The notes: generated by a model from the letters alone, not told the origin. Shown: positions 1 to 16,577, numbered from the whole stretch's first letter. The stretch is 63,771 bases of DNA, filler included, from Octopus bimaculoides (GCF_001194135.2; 10 parts of 10 records of this genome joined end to end with filler, not necessarily neighbours in it), one strand, 5' to 3'. Translations and numbers: made by a program.

Positions 1-1150
1 GGTTGAGTCGATTTGCAACTTTTGTCCGTCGTCTCATGAGGATCTCCTCTCCCTTGGAATCTTGTTCCTATTTGTTTTGGCCTTGTGCTCTGGGACATAT
101 TTTTGGCTTATGGCTTGCACAGTAGACATGAAACATTCTAGTTTCATGTCAATGTCTGGTGTGGAAAGACATTTTGGCCAATGCTCTCTGAGGATCTCTT
201 TCTGAATCTATTTCCAGTCCGCTTTGTGGAAGTTCAGATTGGAGAGATTTTGGGTGCTTCCTTTAGGCTGTATGTCTCTGGTTTCTTTTGACCCAAACAT
301 AGACAGCTCTATTATGTTGTGATCTGAAACTAATGTCGGCGTCACTTTCACATCATGAATGATGTCCGTATTGTTCGTGAAGCAGAGATCTAGAATGTTA
401 TTCGCTCTAGTTGGTCTGAGAACAGTTTGCTCCATGAATAGGGCATTGGTGAGGTTGTGCTTGTTTGCGATAAATCATTCCTGAGAGTATGAGACCTTCG
501 GGCCATTTGACGTTGGGGAAGTTGAAATCACCCATAAGAAATATGGTCACATGGTGTTCCAGTTTCATGAGGATTTCTTTGATTCTAGTGAGGCAATCTT
601 CAAATTTGCCTATGTGGTTTGGAGCATCCGGTGGGCAATATGTATTGCATATGACTATATTATGTTGTCTTATGTATACAACTAGGGTGTCGCATACCGA
701 ATTTGAGTATGACAGTAAGACCTGGGGTGTGAGGTCGTCACAGATGTATACAGCAACTCCACTATGGCCCCTTTCCCTTTTGTCTGTTCGCAGTATGACA
801 TATTTTGGTACGTGTACTTCTGCATCCTCTATATCAGGGCTGAGGGGAGTTTCCACGAGTGCTATGCATAAGGCTTGATTGCATGCAGCAAGGTCTATCA
901 GGAAAGAAATTTTGCTTTTATTATTATGATGCAACAGGCCCCCCATATTTAGAAAAAATATTGGCGTGATGCCTGTGCAGGTGTTAGGGGAGGCCATCCC
1001 ATGTCTGTTGGCTGTGGTGATCTTGCGCAGTGGGGGGCAAGGTTCCTCGTCTGTGGCTGGCGTAGCCACGTCAGCTGCTGCATAATCTTTTGCGCCATGC
1101 ACAAAAAAAGACTCTTGCTCAGCTGCTGCGTTGCGTATGATTTCTGAAGA
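1..1150 (-). mobile_element. CR1/Jockey-group LINE ORF2 fragment (apurinic endonuclease domain), frameshifted
   Basis: Minus ORFs 407-1156 and 208-435 contain APE motifs: FLNMGGL, ALVET, RTDK..RGHSGVAVY, YCPP, MGDFNFP, PTRANNILDLCFTN, SDHNII, FHKADW. Confidence 0.9.
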
Positions 1151-2042
1151 GCGCATGTATATATATATATATATNNNNNNNNNNNNNNNNNNNNNNNNNN
1201 NNNNNNNNNNNNNNNNNNNNNNNNNNNNNNNNNNNNNNNNNNNNNNNNNNNNNNNNNNNNNNNNNNNNNNNNNNNNNNNNNNNNNNNNNNNNNNNNNNNN
1301 NNNNNNNNNNNNNNNNNNNNNNNNNNNNNNNNNNNNNNNNNNNNNNNNNNNNNNNNNNNNNNNNNNNNNNNNNNNNNNNNNNNNNNNNNNNNNNNNNNNN
1401 NNNNNNNNNNNNNNNNNNNNNNNNNNNNNNNNNNNNNNNNNNNNNNNNNNNNNNNNNNNNNNNNNNNNNNNNNNNNNNNNNNNNNNNNNNNNNNNNNNNN
1501 NNNNNNNNNNNNNNNNNNNNNNNNNNNNNNNNNNNNNNNNNNNNNNNNNNNNNNNNNNNNNNNNNNNNNNNNNNNNNNNNNNNNNNNNNNNNNNNNNNNN
1601 NNNNNNNNNNNNNNNNNNNNNNNNNNNNNNNNNNNNNNNNNNNNNNNNNNNNNNNNNNNNNNNNNNNNNNNNNNNNNNNNNNNNNNNNNNNNNNNNNNNN
1701 NNNNNNNNNNNNNNNNNNNNNNNNNNNNNNNNNNNNNNNNNNNNNNNNNNNNNNNNNNNNNNNNNNNNNNNNNNNNNNNNNNNNNNNNNNNNNNNNNNNN
1801 NNNNNNNNNNNNNNNNNNNNNNNNNNNNNNNNNNNNNNNNNNNNNNNNNNNNNNNNNNNNNNNNNNNNNNNNNNNNNNNNNNNNNNNNNNNNNNNNNNNN
1901 NNNNNNNNNNNNNNNNNNNNNNNNNNNNNNNNNNNNNNNNNNNNNNNNNNNNNNNNNNNNNNNNNNNNNNNNNNNNNNNNNNNNNNNNNNNNNNNNNNNN
2001 NNNNNNNNNNNNNNNNNNNNNNNNNNNNNNNNNNNNNNNNNN

Positions 2043-3610
<1,568 letters not shown>

Positions 3611-4423
3611 TGTGTCGTAGAAATAAGTTCTTATAAATTTCAGCTGCAAACGCTGCCACCATACTGACAGAACTGATGTTCTGGCTGATTTTCTCCTGCT
3701 CAGTAGTAGATAAATCGGACTGGTAGCAAGGTGACGACTTTTGTATCTTATTGCTCTTTCACAAACAATAAGCAGAAAATATCTCTCCAAGATAAGAGAT
3801 AGCATCGAACGTTACGTCCATACCATACATGTATACACACAGGCACACATGAATTCGTACATAATACATATATACAGACATATACATATGTTTTGCACGA
3901 GCGAACTTTTTGGCAAGGAAGTAGTACAGCTTTAAACATTTGAAACAAAGTAATTGAATATGAGGCAGCAGATATGATTTGGCATCTTGCGCTGCTTTTA
4001 GCTTGTTATTCTACACAAAAGTAAATTTCATTTATCTCTAAAATAATCGTTTCTGATGTTTCAAATAAACCTTGATTGTTAAAACAAGAGAAATGATTAC
4101 CTTAAATACATAGTACAAATATTTTTAATTGGATCAACATTGATATTAAGTAGACAATTTCGAAATAAAATAATACGAAACGAAATCAAATTAAACGTTA
4201 CTGGCTACAATTGTGCTGAGATTCAATATGATAGTATGTATGAGACCATTCAAATTAATATTCGCATATAATGTAATACATAACTGCTGAATAAAATATA
4301 TACAAATGTTAATATACCAATGTATTAACACTCATATTTTCACCGACAACCTTGCAACGTGAAACATTTACATTCATCCATACGTAAATATATGTATAAC
4401 TACATATATAGAAATATTTGTGT

Positions 4424-4650
4424 AAGGTGGGGAGCTGGCAGAAACGTTAGCATATCGGGCGAAATGCTTAGCGGTATTTCGTCTGCCGTTACGTTCTGAG
4501 TTCAAATTCCGCCAAAGTCGACTTTGCCTTTCATCCTTTCGGTGTCGATAAATTAAGTACCAGTTACGCACTTGGGTCGATGTAATCGACTTAATCCTTT
4601 GTCTGTCCCCTCTATGTTTAGCCCCTTGTGGGCAATAAAGAAATAAGAAA
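4424..4650 (+). mobile_element. tRNA-derived SINE family A (Nin/Deu-type central domain), full length
   Basis: Head GAGCTGGCAGAAACGTTAGC...GAGTTCAAATTCC; central GCCTTTCATCCTTTCGG.GTCGATAAATTAAGTACCAG resembling the Nin/Deu domain; about 9 copies in window. Confidence 0.85.
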
Positions 4651-6308
4651 CATTTGTGTATGTATGTGTGTGTGTCTTACATTTTCATATCTCTTTCACT
4701 GATTGACTCATGCGCACTTTCCACAATATTTCATCCTGGAATAAATCAGATGAGCTAGACTTTTGAAATCTTCAAGATTGTCATAACGATTGAAGAGGAC
4801 TGTGTGATTCCTTGCATAACGAAAGGATTTCTAAGACTCAATTCTTTTTAAGATATAAGTACTAGGAATTATTTTGCACCCCACCAGGGACCTTCCTCCC
4901 GAAATCCACATGTGTATCGTGATTGTGTAGCGTTATCGTAGATTCCATTACGCATATTCAAAAGTCTTGTAATGAAGTCTTGAAATGAAGTCGCAAATTA
5001 AGGAGAATTTACAGACTGGAGTATTTAGTTCAACTGATGTTCAGACTCTGGGATTTTCCAGTGGATATGTTGCAAAATTTATCAGTTTAACCTTCCACAA
5101 GCGCATATTGGTTTTTATTCCTTTTAATGTCATATTCGTAAAGAAAATCAAAATGATATTTGATTTAATTCCTGCTACTGATGCGTGTGCTGATTTAGTA
5201 AGAAACAAATTTACATTTAAGGTTGTTTTTTTTTTCTCAGCCGCTATTTTCACAAGGAGAAAAGGAAACAAACAGAAGCAGATGAGAAAAAACAGAAACT
5301 TAAGGCAAGAAAGAAACGTAGGCTCATGGCGAAATGCAGGAGATTTCCCGCCTTAAGAGAGAGGCGGTAAAGGGCAAAACAGTCAATAAGAATAGAGAGG
5401 TGAAATAGTAAAATAGTTTATTTAAAACTGCGGGAGAGCAACTAAAGAGTGGCAACTATAAAGAAAAAACAAAAAATGAAAGAAGTGGAAAAGAAGATAG
5501 GCGTAACAAGTACAAACTTTTATAGATATCTAATTTTGTGGTGTGTAGCACCAGTGACCTATCTACCTTGGTATGTGAGAATATTTAGATTTTATTGGAG
5601 GATATATATATTTATCTATATATTTTTAATAACTTAGATACACGTGCTTAACGGTAATTATCTGTATAGCGGTTCTTTAGTGAGTTTAGGTGGAGCTGCA
5701 GCTAACAAAGACACACATGCCCATACACACACACGTGTGGACTCACGCTCGTTCGTACACACAAAGAGACGTTTATGTCTTGTTCCGACAGATAGACTGA
5801 GTCGAGGTATGAGACATAGTTTGTCGCACATGATAGCTCACATGTCGAGTTATCAGCCATAGTTAATTCGGAACTCAGGATCACATGTAATATTGTATTT
5901 ACTTTGAATGTTAACAGTAGTACACATTTTGGTGCATGTGAAAATATTTACTTATTTTATTTTGGAATACATATTTCCGAAATTTTAGATATGGAGCTTA
6001 AGCGTTAAGCGTAAATGAACTAATTGTGGTTTGCGTACAAGGACGAAACTGCACATTCTACGTAATATAGATGTCCTTTTCCCAAAAGAAATATGGGTCA
6101 TTCATAATATATTCACTATTAAACTCTGCAAAACCCGTGTGAACAAAATAAAAAAATAAATAAATAAAAAAATACAAAAATGATTTTATTCAGCAACCTT
6201 ATTAAATGTAGCTACGATGTGTGAACATGATCGTCAATAATCGTAAAGGATTTTCTCTAAAAATTAGTCAATAATGAAATCACATGCAGTTACCTAAATA
6301 CATACGTG

Positions 6309-6362
<54 letters not shown>

Positions 6363-6552
6363 TATGTGTGTGTATTCATGCATAAGTATGTATGTGTGGT
6401 TATGAGCGTAAGCTTAAGTGACACAGATTATATGTAGGAATAAGTGACATACAATAAAAGTTGTTTATGTAACAAATTTGCCTTCATTAAAAAAAAAAAC
6501 GCGCACACACGCATGCACATTCGCACCTGTGCGTGTGTGTGTGTGTGTATGC

Positions 6553-6712
6553 GCAGGCGTATCTGCATGGCAAGAAGCTTGCTTCCCAACCACGCTATTC
6601 CTGTTTCAGTCCTACTGCGTGACATCTTGGGCAAGTGCCTTCTCCTATAGCCGCGGGGTGAGCAAAGCTTTCTGAGCGGATTTGGTAGAGGGAAACTGAG
6701 AGAAGCACATCG

Positions 6713-6715
<3 letters not shown>
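6553..6715 (+). mobile_element. tRNA-derived SINE family B, 5' half
   Basis: Matches the copy at 24081 (GCTTGCTTCCCAACCAC...CTTGGGCAAGTG...GGATTTGGTAGA.GGAAACTG). Confidence 0.8.
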
Positions 6716-6745
<30 letters not shown>

Positions 6746-6879
6746 GGGTGTGGGCATGTGTGTGTGGGTGTGTGTGTGTGTGTATGCGTGTGTGTGTGTT
6801 TGTGTGTTTGCTGTTTTCTGTGTTTTGCCCCCATCTCAAAAGTAAATTTAAACAGTTTAGTAGAAAGTAATTTTGAGGC

Positions 6880-8160
6880 CTACTAAGGGTATATATATGT
6901 CTTTCTTAGATTTATCTAGATATATTCATCACACTCGTAAGTTATGCCCGAACCACCTTCACAATATAAGTCAATGTCATGGTTTGTGAACTTACGTCTT
7001 AAAGTGTCTAATATACAGACTTATAATATCATGGATATCTACATTGTTATACGATACCATCGATATTCCAAACATCGGATCTTTTAACCCATGCATGTTA
7101 AACTCCAGGTCTATATGATCACTATTAACCTATCTTTTTGTGAACACATTTACCTTATTTAGCAGCGATATCATTGTCGAGGGATAATTAATGTCAGACT
7201 GTATAAAACTAGCTCTATGCTTATCTTTTAGATTCCTAAACCAATCTATGACACTACTGCAATTTGTTAGCTAGTTGTGGTTTTGTAGTCTCGCTAATTC
7301 TGATATTAATATTAGTATTTATTCAGCTACTAGACCTATTTCCTCTGGGTTTTAAAGTCTACAAGTGGCCTTACTACTGATATTGTATTTCAGCAACGGG
7401 TCAGCATGTGTTAAAAGATCCGATACGGATGCATTGTTTGATGCATCCATGGGATCGTATGAGAGAGCAGACATAATAAATAAAAGATTGAGAAGAGGTT
7501 TCAACCCCAAAATATTCAGTGGGAGTGCCAGTTGCATTTCGCGAGTTTTTAAATTTTCACGGACACATACACGCACTCTGAAACGAAGGCAAGTATTTGT
7601 TTACTCCTATATAGAAAACATGAATAACACTTTCAGTGATGTAGTGCATAGTCGCCTACCTGATTAATAATCTGTAAGACCTACACCCATGGAAGATACT
7701 CCCGCATCCACAGACACACACATCTTCCTCACGTATATATGTACGTAAAGAACGAACTAAACAAAAATCATATCGGAACATTTCTTAAATATGACTTGTA
7801 ATGTAGAAATTAAAAGACATGTGCATTTTTTTTATTGCAATTAAAGATTGGCTAAAACATTGTTTTGCGTATTTCTATCCTCTTGTTTTTTCTTACATGT
7901 TATCCTTGCGTTTTTCTATCCTCTTGGAAACAACACTTATTTGAAATAACTCATAGTTGCGCAACGCCAGTTCTTCGACAACAAGTTACAACCACTTCCT
8001 TAACACTTAAATCCTGGTCTTCAATGTTTAGTGACCTGAGGTCATAGAGTAAGCCATAGGCATTTATACTGCCTGTTATAAGCAAGGCCTTGTTTACCAG
8101 AAAAAAGAAGAGTGAAGAGAATCACTTACTCTATCTTGATGGAGATGGCGAAGATGCTGC
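6880..8160 (-). mobile_element. Heavily decayed non-LTR (RTE-like) reverse transcriptase
   Basis: Minus-strand remnants KPLLNLLFIMSAL (about SPLLF...), DLLTHADPLL (about LLYADDL) and RWFGHNLRV (RTE C-terminal RWFGH motif) in the expected order. Confidence 0.5.
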
Positions 8161-11100
8161 CCTTTTACTCATTGTCCTACTTTTGTAGCCCCCTTCATTT
8201 GCACGAAATGTTGCGTTTGTGTGGTTTGTCATTGAAAAATAAACTCTGATAATAACAATTTTGGTAAACCTCGTGAATATAGTTTCATATATGATTTAGA
8301 GTAAAAGTGTTGCGATACAAAATATGAATTTAATTGCTTTCAACACGATCACACAAGCGTTAAATAATTCGATGTCCTCTATTATATTAGAGTACTCATC
8401 AGAGTAAATACATGTCTACATTGATGTCCAGCTGCCAAAATAAGCGACAAATTCTACATAAAAATTGCGTCTATCATCTTAATCACAAATGATGTGACCC
8501 TGAATATTGTAAGTCGAACAAGTAAGAACGTAAGGATGAAGCCTGTCACACAGATAGAAATATGACTAACCGACACAGAAAATTAAACCGATTAACACCG
8601 AGAATGTATGAATAGCCAATGTAGATGACAAAAAGCAAAAAATCATATGCAATAATATTGTGCAAAAAAAGTATTTGAACAGCATTGCTTACAAACATAC
8701 AAACAGAAATCACAATTTGATGAAAATTGTACATACTATGAACATGAAATAGTACAAAAACAAGAGAAGTAAACGATTGGTGTTATCTACCTATATAGAC
8801 TGACATCTCTACATAAAATACTGTGAAGAAACGAAAGCCAAAGTACTTCTAACACAAAATACAGAACTAAATTATCAAATCAATAACACTTAAACACACC
8901 ACAAATCTATCTAAACCCATTACAATGAACTGAGAGAAGCACGTAGAAACCTAAACATTGTGAAACAAGTGACTTTCATACCTATACATAATTCTAAGCG
9001 TAAAGATGGAATTTGGAAGTCGTATAACGTAGAGCATGATAAATGAAATACTGCTGAGAGCTTGATAACGTAACCATACTTAAACATTGGTACTGACTTC
9101 AAATAAACTTTACAAATAATAGAGAATTGCAATACATTAGAAATGCAAATCATGCAAATAAAATCAACAGCAACAAAAATTAAAGCCAAAAAAAATATTT
9201 ATATTGATAAAATTTAACAGTTTAATTCTGCATGGATGACACAAATTATAGGGCAGGTTATTCCATATAAGTTTGAGAGGCGACCTAACGTCTAAATATA
9301 TCAAAATTATAATCATATTGCAAGAACAAAAATTAAAACATTATGATAATTAAATATATTCTTTAAACGAGTAAGAGCGATAATGCCTAAATTTTCAACA
9401 GGTAAAGAATTAAATAAAGATATACGCAAACGACATGACGGACATTTCTTAGGTTTTAATGAACATTTTGTACATATTCCGATAATACTTCACATTCTTA
9501 TTGGGGTAATCTTGACTCACAGGCTCTTGAATAAAAATAATTCCTTACACAAGTAAAATCAAATAAAAGCAATGGAAAAGTTCTAAAACTGTCGTGTATA
9601 TGGAAGATAAATTCAGAAAATCATAATTTAAATTGCTTTTTTTTTTGTATTGTTCCTTTTTGTAGAAATCACTGAAGCGTTAATGGAAAAGAATAATCTC
9701 AATGGGGCAGGAAGATAGAATGTTTGAAATGTCAATGAATTAATAGAAAAATAGCAATATTCTACAACAAAGTCTGCCTGGTCTTCGCTAACTATAGTCA
9801 CAACTTTCTGCAGGGTTGTTTCTATTTCCACCTCAGTAGAGATACAGTGATAAATAATATGTATTGTAGTTTTAAATGAATGCATATCAGTATCACCCTA
9901 AACAGCGGCCCAAATATTTGAATCAACTGAATATGCACTTACACAGCATAAATTTTGACGTCTTCAAGAGACTCAATAATTTATAATATTCACACAAACA
10001 TGAAACTCAAAATTTAGTATATTAAAACGATCTATACTGAAAATCCTCATACTCATGGTATTTCGGTAAAATAATCACAATATTATACAGGAACCACAAC
10101 ACAATCTTTCTAAACCTCTATCTATATCAATAACAGAGAAACCATCCTCCAACATATCAGACATGAATAAAACGGTTACTTCTACCCACCATTCGAAAGT
10201 CGTAGGGAGCTTTTGAAACATTGAAGTTTCTTAATGATTCCCATCAAAGTTATATTGAATAGATATGTATTGATTTTAGTATTTATACATTTGACATTCC
10301 TATGCAGCAATTTTGCTTCAATTTTACATATTTTGGAAATAATTACCATTTGCACAATACGATCTTAAATTAATATCAAAAGAGAGTTTCTCTATTTCAC
10401 ACATTTATTGAAACATATTTGTCATCTGCTGCGACTGTTGGTAATGCTGCTTTTAAAAAATTCCAAACATGTATATGAAGATCATCATAGAACGTCTAAT
10501 ACTTTTCCTATATTCATTTGATCTCTGCGTTAATTTGCCCGTGTAACCAAAGCTGAAAATATTACTCCACAACACTTTGCTAACGAAACAATTAGATATT
10601 TGCATTCCACTCTGTTAATGACCGGATATAAATTATTGCGCATGATACAAACACCATCTGAGTAAATCTCATTTTACAATATTTTGAAATTGAATTTTTA
10701 TTCCAAAATGTTTTCTCTATTTAAGGATGTTATACCAAACTACACAAGTGGATCGTGTTAAATGATATCGATGTAATATTTGTCAATTCTTCGTTCAAAA
10801 GAACCCCGGTATTCTTTTGTATTTATTCTCAAATATTTGATATTGCAAATTGCGCTTAGATTTTACATAATATCACTAAAATTATTCAATGAAAAACACT
10901 TTCTTTTTCGTTTTCCTAACATGTAGCATTCCTTAACGGAAGCAATGAATAAATCCGTTTGCTTGACAGTATTCCAATTTCTTCCATTAAGTGTTAATTT
11001 AAAACAGCTAATGAATCAAAACAAAATAATCAAGGAATTCCATTAGTAGGGTGTATATTCCGACGAAAATGAATATTTAACTTCATGATTTCTTTCTCAT

Positions 11101-12954
11101 CGTGAAATATATATGATATTACACACTGCTGATTAAAAAAATATAGTTAGAGCATATTTACATTCAAGGTCAGTCTAACACAGGATCAAAAGATCTAAAT
11201 AATTGCACTTTTGCTGTAATCATAGACTATTACCTAATATTTAAACGCATTTTACAGAGCATTAACAATTATCATCATAACCAAATGAACAACATTGAAT
11301 TTTCGTTACAAAAGATTCGCTGCAAGAGCCTGATGAATAATAAAATAATATTGGGGAAAATATACAATAGGATAAATAAGTAATATTTCACGTAAAATTT
11401 CAAGAAAAATACATGAACAAAATTGTTATATTTAGTAATATGGTTCACAGTTTTATTTTCCGAAACACAAAAATAATGAAAAGAAGAATGAAAAACAGAG
11501 ATGGGAAAATATTTCATTCCTCTCTGTAATTTTTATTGTGTAATCTGAAGTATTTATTCAGATTAAACAGCTAAAAATATTGTCAGAAATATTGGTAGGT
11601 GCAATATATTATATTGAAACCCACAAATATGTCTTCGAAACTCATCCATGTCTCGGTCAACTCTAATTTTTGAAACAATTTTCAAGTGTCACATTATTCA
11701 GATAAGCTATATTCTTTTGTGCATCCAATTAAAGAAAGTTTTGTGCATAAACCACTGACTTCGCCCAACTAGATTGCATATTAAAACGACTTTATCATTG
11801 GTACTGTGTAGAATATTAAGTTGGTTTCTTTAAGTATGATTTGATGATGTACTGCCTCTAAATGTTCAAAACTTCTGTTCAACATCTTCCTTGGTGTTAT
11901 TACGAGTTAATACAAATTAATTACAAACGAAGACATTTGTTATTTTTATATATTAGCACTTTTGAAACAAATACAAATTCAAAAGAAACCTACCGGGCTT
12001 TTAAGCGTATTCTTCAAGGAAGTGTGATAGGCACCGTCTAAAAAACAACGACACTTCTACAGAGTTTTTGAGGTAAGGTGACATGTTAGAACAATAGCAT
12101 TTCCCTTAATTCTAATCTCATTATCATAAAGTTCTTCTGAATCAGTTATAATAAAAATGGAGATAAAATGACGAATCTTGCAGGGATTTTAATCATAGAT
12201 GTACCTAATGAAAACTGAAATGAATTTGAGCGATAGCAATCTGAATAAAGTAAGCAGTTGAGCTAATGGCCTAGCTTCAATATACTCGCCCAACCAGCTA
12301 CAAATATCAACAATTTTCCTCGGAATAATACCTCGTTACCATAAAAAATGAACGATATATTGGATAAACCAAAGTTTATTATACAATATTTAGTAATGAA
12401 TGAATTTAAGATACGGTGATAAATACTTCCTACATGTATTGGCTTCATAAGCTTCTGGTTTTGGTTAGACGTGATGACTTATATTTGTATGACGCATACT
12501 CTCTAAAAGTGGTTTCTGACAGATGAGTCTGTAATAAAATTCTCAGAAGCCTGCTAGGATTCCTAAATATCAACCTACGTCGTGCGCTAAGTCTGTTAGT
12601 CGTTCTTACTTTAAAGCATTTAATACCAAAAATAGAATTATTTTACTCAAAAATTTCCTTATGTAATAAGGAGAATAAGTAATAAACAAAATAGGATATA
12701 TAAGGTAGCGATAAACCGTCCCGACGAGTTTTCTACTGATAAGATGTATTAACTATTGAATGACAGGATTGTATTTTTTAGTTGAGATACCTATTTAAAA
12801 TTAAAGAGATAATGTTACTGTTATCACTGGCAAAGGTTATGGCAGATTAACATGTAACATATTTTAGCTAATTAACATGCAACATATTTATTAGGTATAT
12901 ATGTAGTCGTGCACAGACGTATACAGCCTCTCGGTTTTCCTAAGCATGTCAAGA

Positions 12955-13115
12955 ATAACATCAAGTGTATCTCAGCTGGGAAGAGATGAAAACAGCGTCT
13001 CACATTCATTTCAGAAGACTGGAGCAAAGTGTTATGAAGTGAACTGTTCACGGATGCAATGCACCACCCGCACGCCCAGATACTGATTCCATGCTTGTAT
13101 GTTATAACATCAATA
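12955..13115 (-). mobile_element. SINE family C fragment
   Basis: Degenerate reverse match to 22555 copy (cagctgg...gactggagcaaagtg...). Confidence 0.4.
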
Positions 13116-13789
13116 TCCTCAAAACACAGTTTACTAAAAATAATTTGAGATTAATAGAAAGAGGAAGATTATGCCGATTGGACCATAAAACAGTGCAAAC
13201 ATCTTAGTTTATATCTAATGGAACATTTCACGTAGGGTATGCTGTTTTATAGATTTAAGCCAGAAAGTCCGAAATTATATCACAGTTAAGTTTATTGATA
13301 AAGAAGTGCTAATTTTAGGAATACACGTAAATTTAAAATAATCATAGGACAACAAAAATGAATATGATGATAATAGAACTATCTATAGGAACTTTAAGAC
13401 CGAGCTTAATGTAAACATTTTGCGATAAAAGTATAGTTTTATGAATAATTCCTTAAGATATTTATCCAAGAATAATACTTCTAGATATGTATTTAGAGGC
13501 TTGCATTTATTCAAACATACTCATACCGAAATATGTACATGTAAAACACAAACAATGCACACACGCACATGAAGACACACACAGAAACACAGACGCACAA
13601 AGACACACACACAGACAAACAGACACACATACACATTCACACGACGCTCTCACATCCATATAAGCAGAAGTAATATACTATATAGGGATGTATCATTCCA
13701 TCCAAAATATTTTTTTTATTAAGTTTATGTAACATCGTATAATAATTCTGCTCGTCATTATGTTACTTAGCTCGTCGGTAATGTTTTCG

Positions 13790-14241
13790 CGTGATTAGAG
13801 AAAGAGGGAGAAAGAAAAGAGGGTGACAGAAAAAAGGGAGAGAGAAAAAAGGGAGAACGAAAAAGAGGGAGAGAGAAAACGGGAGAAAGAAGCGTCTATG
13901 ACATAAGGTAGACGGAATGCAATTGTAACGCTTTCACGTAATTAGTCGAGCAGAAGGAGAAGAGAAAGTAAAAGGAGAGAGAAAAAGATTATAAGGTGAA
14001 GAGTGAGACAGATAGAGGGAGAGAAAAAAGACGAAAGAAAAGATGGAAAGAGAGGCGTTCCTGACTTGAGGTAGGGAGAACGTAAAATAAATTATGTGGT
14101 TTAAAAAAATTCGTTAAAATTGTACATAATATAGAGGAGAGTTTAAAATATAATTTTAGCAGAGGGGTGATGTTTTAATGGCGGGGTTAAAGAAAGGCAG
14201 AGAGAGAAGAGAAGAGAGAGAGGATGGAGAGAGAGGGGGGA

Positions 14242-14274
<33 letters not shown>

Positions 14275-14330
14275 AATGTTGGAGGTGATGGTATTGGTTG
14301 TGGTGGTGGAGGTGGCTGTGGTGATTTGAT
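13790..14330. repeat. GA-rich low-complexity tract plus (GAT)n/(GGT)n
   Basis: Directly visible. Confidence 0.85.
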
Positions 14331-14983
14331 AGTGAAATGTGTACATAGTTTAATTGAACTAAGTTTTTTTTATATCATCTGTTACTTAAAACATGTGTAT
14401 AACGACCATTTTGTGAAATATTCGTGCTTATTTACGTCGCAGATATATGCAAAATTTAATTAGAGTTTGTACCAAATGTACGGGATGTTATTTTTGTTTG
14501 CTTGTGAGAGAAAAAATATGAGTGAATATTTATTTTATGAGTGTTATGTACTAAGTCTTTAAACTTTTGCATAATGTATATTAAGTGTATATATAAAATA
14601 GATTAAATACTCATCGTATTCCAATTTCTTTCATTTTTCAATATGTAGCAGACATCTTTCCATACAGACACAACACAGGCTACGCATCCAGATTTTTTGG
14701 ATAAAGTTTTTAGAAGTAACTCAATAGGGTGAATTCCATGAAATATCCATTGTACCGCCAATTTTTATTAATACTGTAATGCCATATACAAAGTACAGTT
14801 GCGGCTATAATATAAGGGTCTGTAAGAACAAGTGTATTGAAATAGTTATTACAGAAGATTAACAACAGGTTGAGACTAGATGTTTTACTCATATTTAGAT
14901 ATATTTAATAAATATCTTTCGTAAAAATTTCGAGTGAATGGAATTATTTTGTAAGTTAGAGGAAACAAACTATCTTCCAAAAA

Positions 14984-16157
14984 GCAGCGGCCAAAAGTTT
15001 AATGGGCTAACAGTTATTTCTTATGATGTTTCATTATTGGGAACATTCAACTGTCAACATAGCTGCTTGTGAGAGACGACCAGCGCCCTGTGATGAAAAA
15101 CAAAGAATGTTTTCCCTCACTAAGAAAGCAAATCAAATTATGTGATAGCAACTACTGTAGGAAGGTCTATAAGTGTTATGCAACGAATTGTAGCTCGTTT
15201 TAAGAAATTAGGATCGACAGCTGATAAACCCAAAACCGGTAGACCTCGTTAAACTTCACAAAGTAGGATCTATTATGGTTAGAATGTCACTGAAGGGTAG
15301 GTTCAAGAGTGCTGCTAAGTTATCCCACGTGTTTAGTTCCGCTTTCGATGTCAACGTATCGCGCAAAATAGTGTCTCGGAGGTTACGAGGTTCTGGGTTG
15401 CTAGCACGAGCACCAGCGAAGAAACTTTTTTAACTCCAAGAAGATTCAAAGAGTCCGTTTCCATTTCACTCACCAACATATCATTTGGACAAGAGAACAG
15501 TGATCGCATGTTCATTTTAGGGATGAATCGAAGTCTAATGTGACTGGTTCCGATGGCAGGGTGTACGTCCGATGAAAAAGTGGCGAAATGTTATCTCTTG
15601 CATGAATGAAGAAAACAGAGAGATATAGAGGAGGCAGTGAAATGGTATGGGGTGTAATCTCTGCTGCCTATATTGGTACACTGATTCGGCTACAAGGGAC
15701 TGTCAATACTGAAGTATACAAGTAGATTCTCAGATAGCATACCCTTCCACATCTCCGATCCTCGTCAGTTGAACCTCATATTTTCATGCAGGACAAGGCC
15801 TCCTGTAACACTGCGAAGAGATTCAAAGATGTTTTGAGTGATGAAATGTTTGATATCATGCACTGGCTACTTCGAAGTCCCGATTTCCACACAATAGAAA
15901 ACGTTTAGAAGATTATTGGAGATGAGGTGCGCGGGAGAAATTCAAAGAAGCAAGATGAATTTGGGTAATTATTCAGAAAAGAATGGAACAATATTACGCC
16001 ATTAATTTGCAAGAATTTAATTCAGTTCTGTAGTAAAAGATGTCTGGAGGTCATTGACGGTAAAGGGATGTTCACAAAATATTAATAGCATAGTTTTCTT
16101 TCTTTTTGTTGCATTTTAATTGTTTTTCTAAGTGACCTTTAACATTTGGCCGTGGCA
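14984..16157 (+). mobile_element. Tc1-family DNA transposon remnant
   Basis: Decayed transposase motifs GRPR, DESK, GGSEMVWG, FMQDKASC, SPDFHTIENV; terminal inverted match CAGCGGCCAAAAGT / ACATTTGGCCGTGG. Confidence 0.85.
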
Positions 16158-16540
16158 ATNNNNNNNNNNNNNNNNNNNNNNNNNNNNNNNNNNNNNNNNN
16201 NNNNNNNNNNNNNNNNNNNNNNNNNNNNNNNNNNNNNNNNNNNNNNNNNNNNNNNNNNNNNNNNNNNNNNNNNNNNNNNNNNNNNNNNNNNNNNNNNNNN
16301 NNNNNNNNNNNNNNNNNNNNNNNNNNNNNNNNNNNNNNNNNNNNNNNNNNNNNNNNNNNNNNNNNNNNNNNNNNNNNNNNNNNNNNNNNNNNNNNNNNNN
16401 NNNNNNNNNNNNNNNNNNNNNNNNNNNNNNNNNNNNNNNNNNNNNNNNNNNNNNNNNNNNNNNNNNNNNNNNNNNNNNNNNNNNNNNNNNNNNNNNNNNN
16501 NNNNNNNNNNNNNNNNNNGTATGTATGTATATATATGTAC

Positions 16541-16577
<37 letters not shown>

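Noticed and set aside
7365-7667. Plus ORF resembling a neuropeptide precursor (KR...KR.RR dibasic sites)
   Set aside because: No real signal peptide, and the opposite strand is better explained as decayed RT
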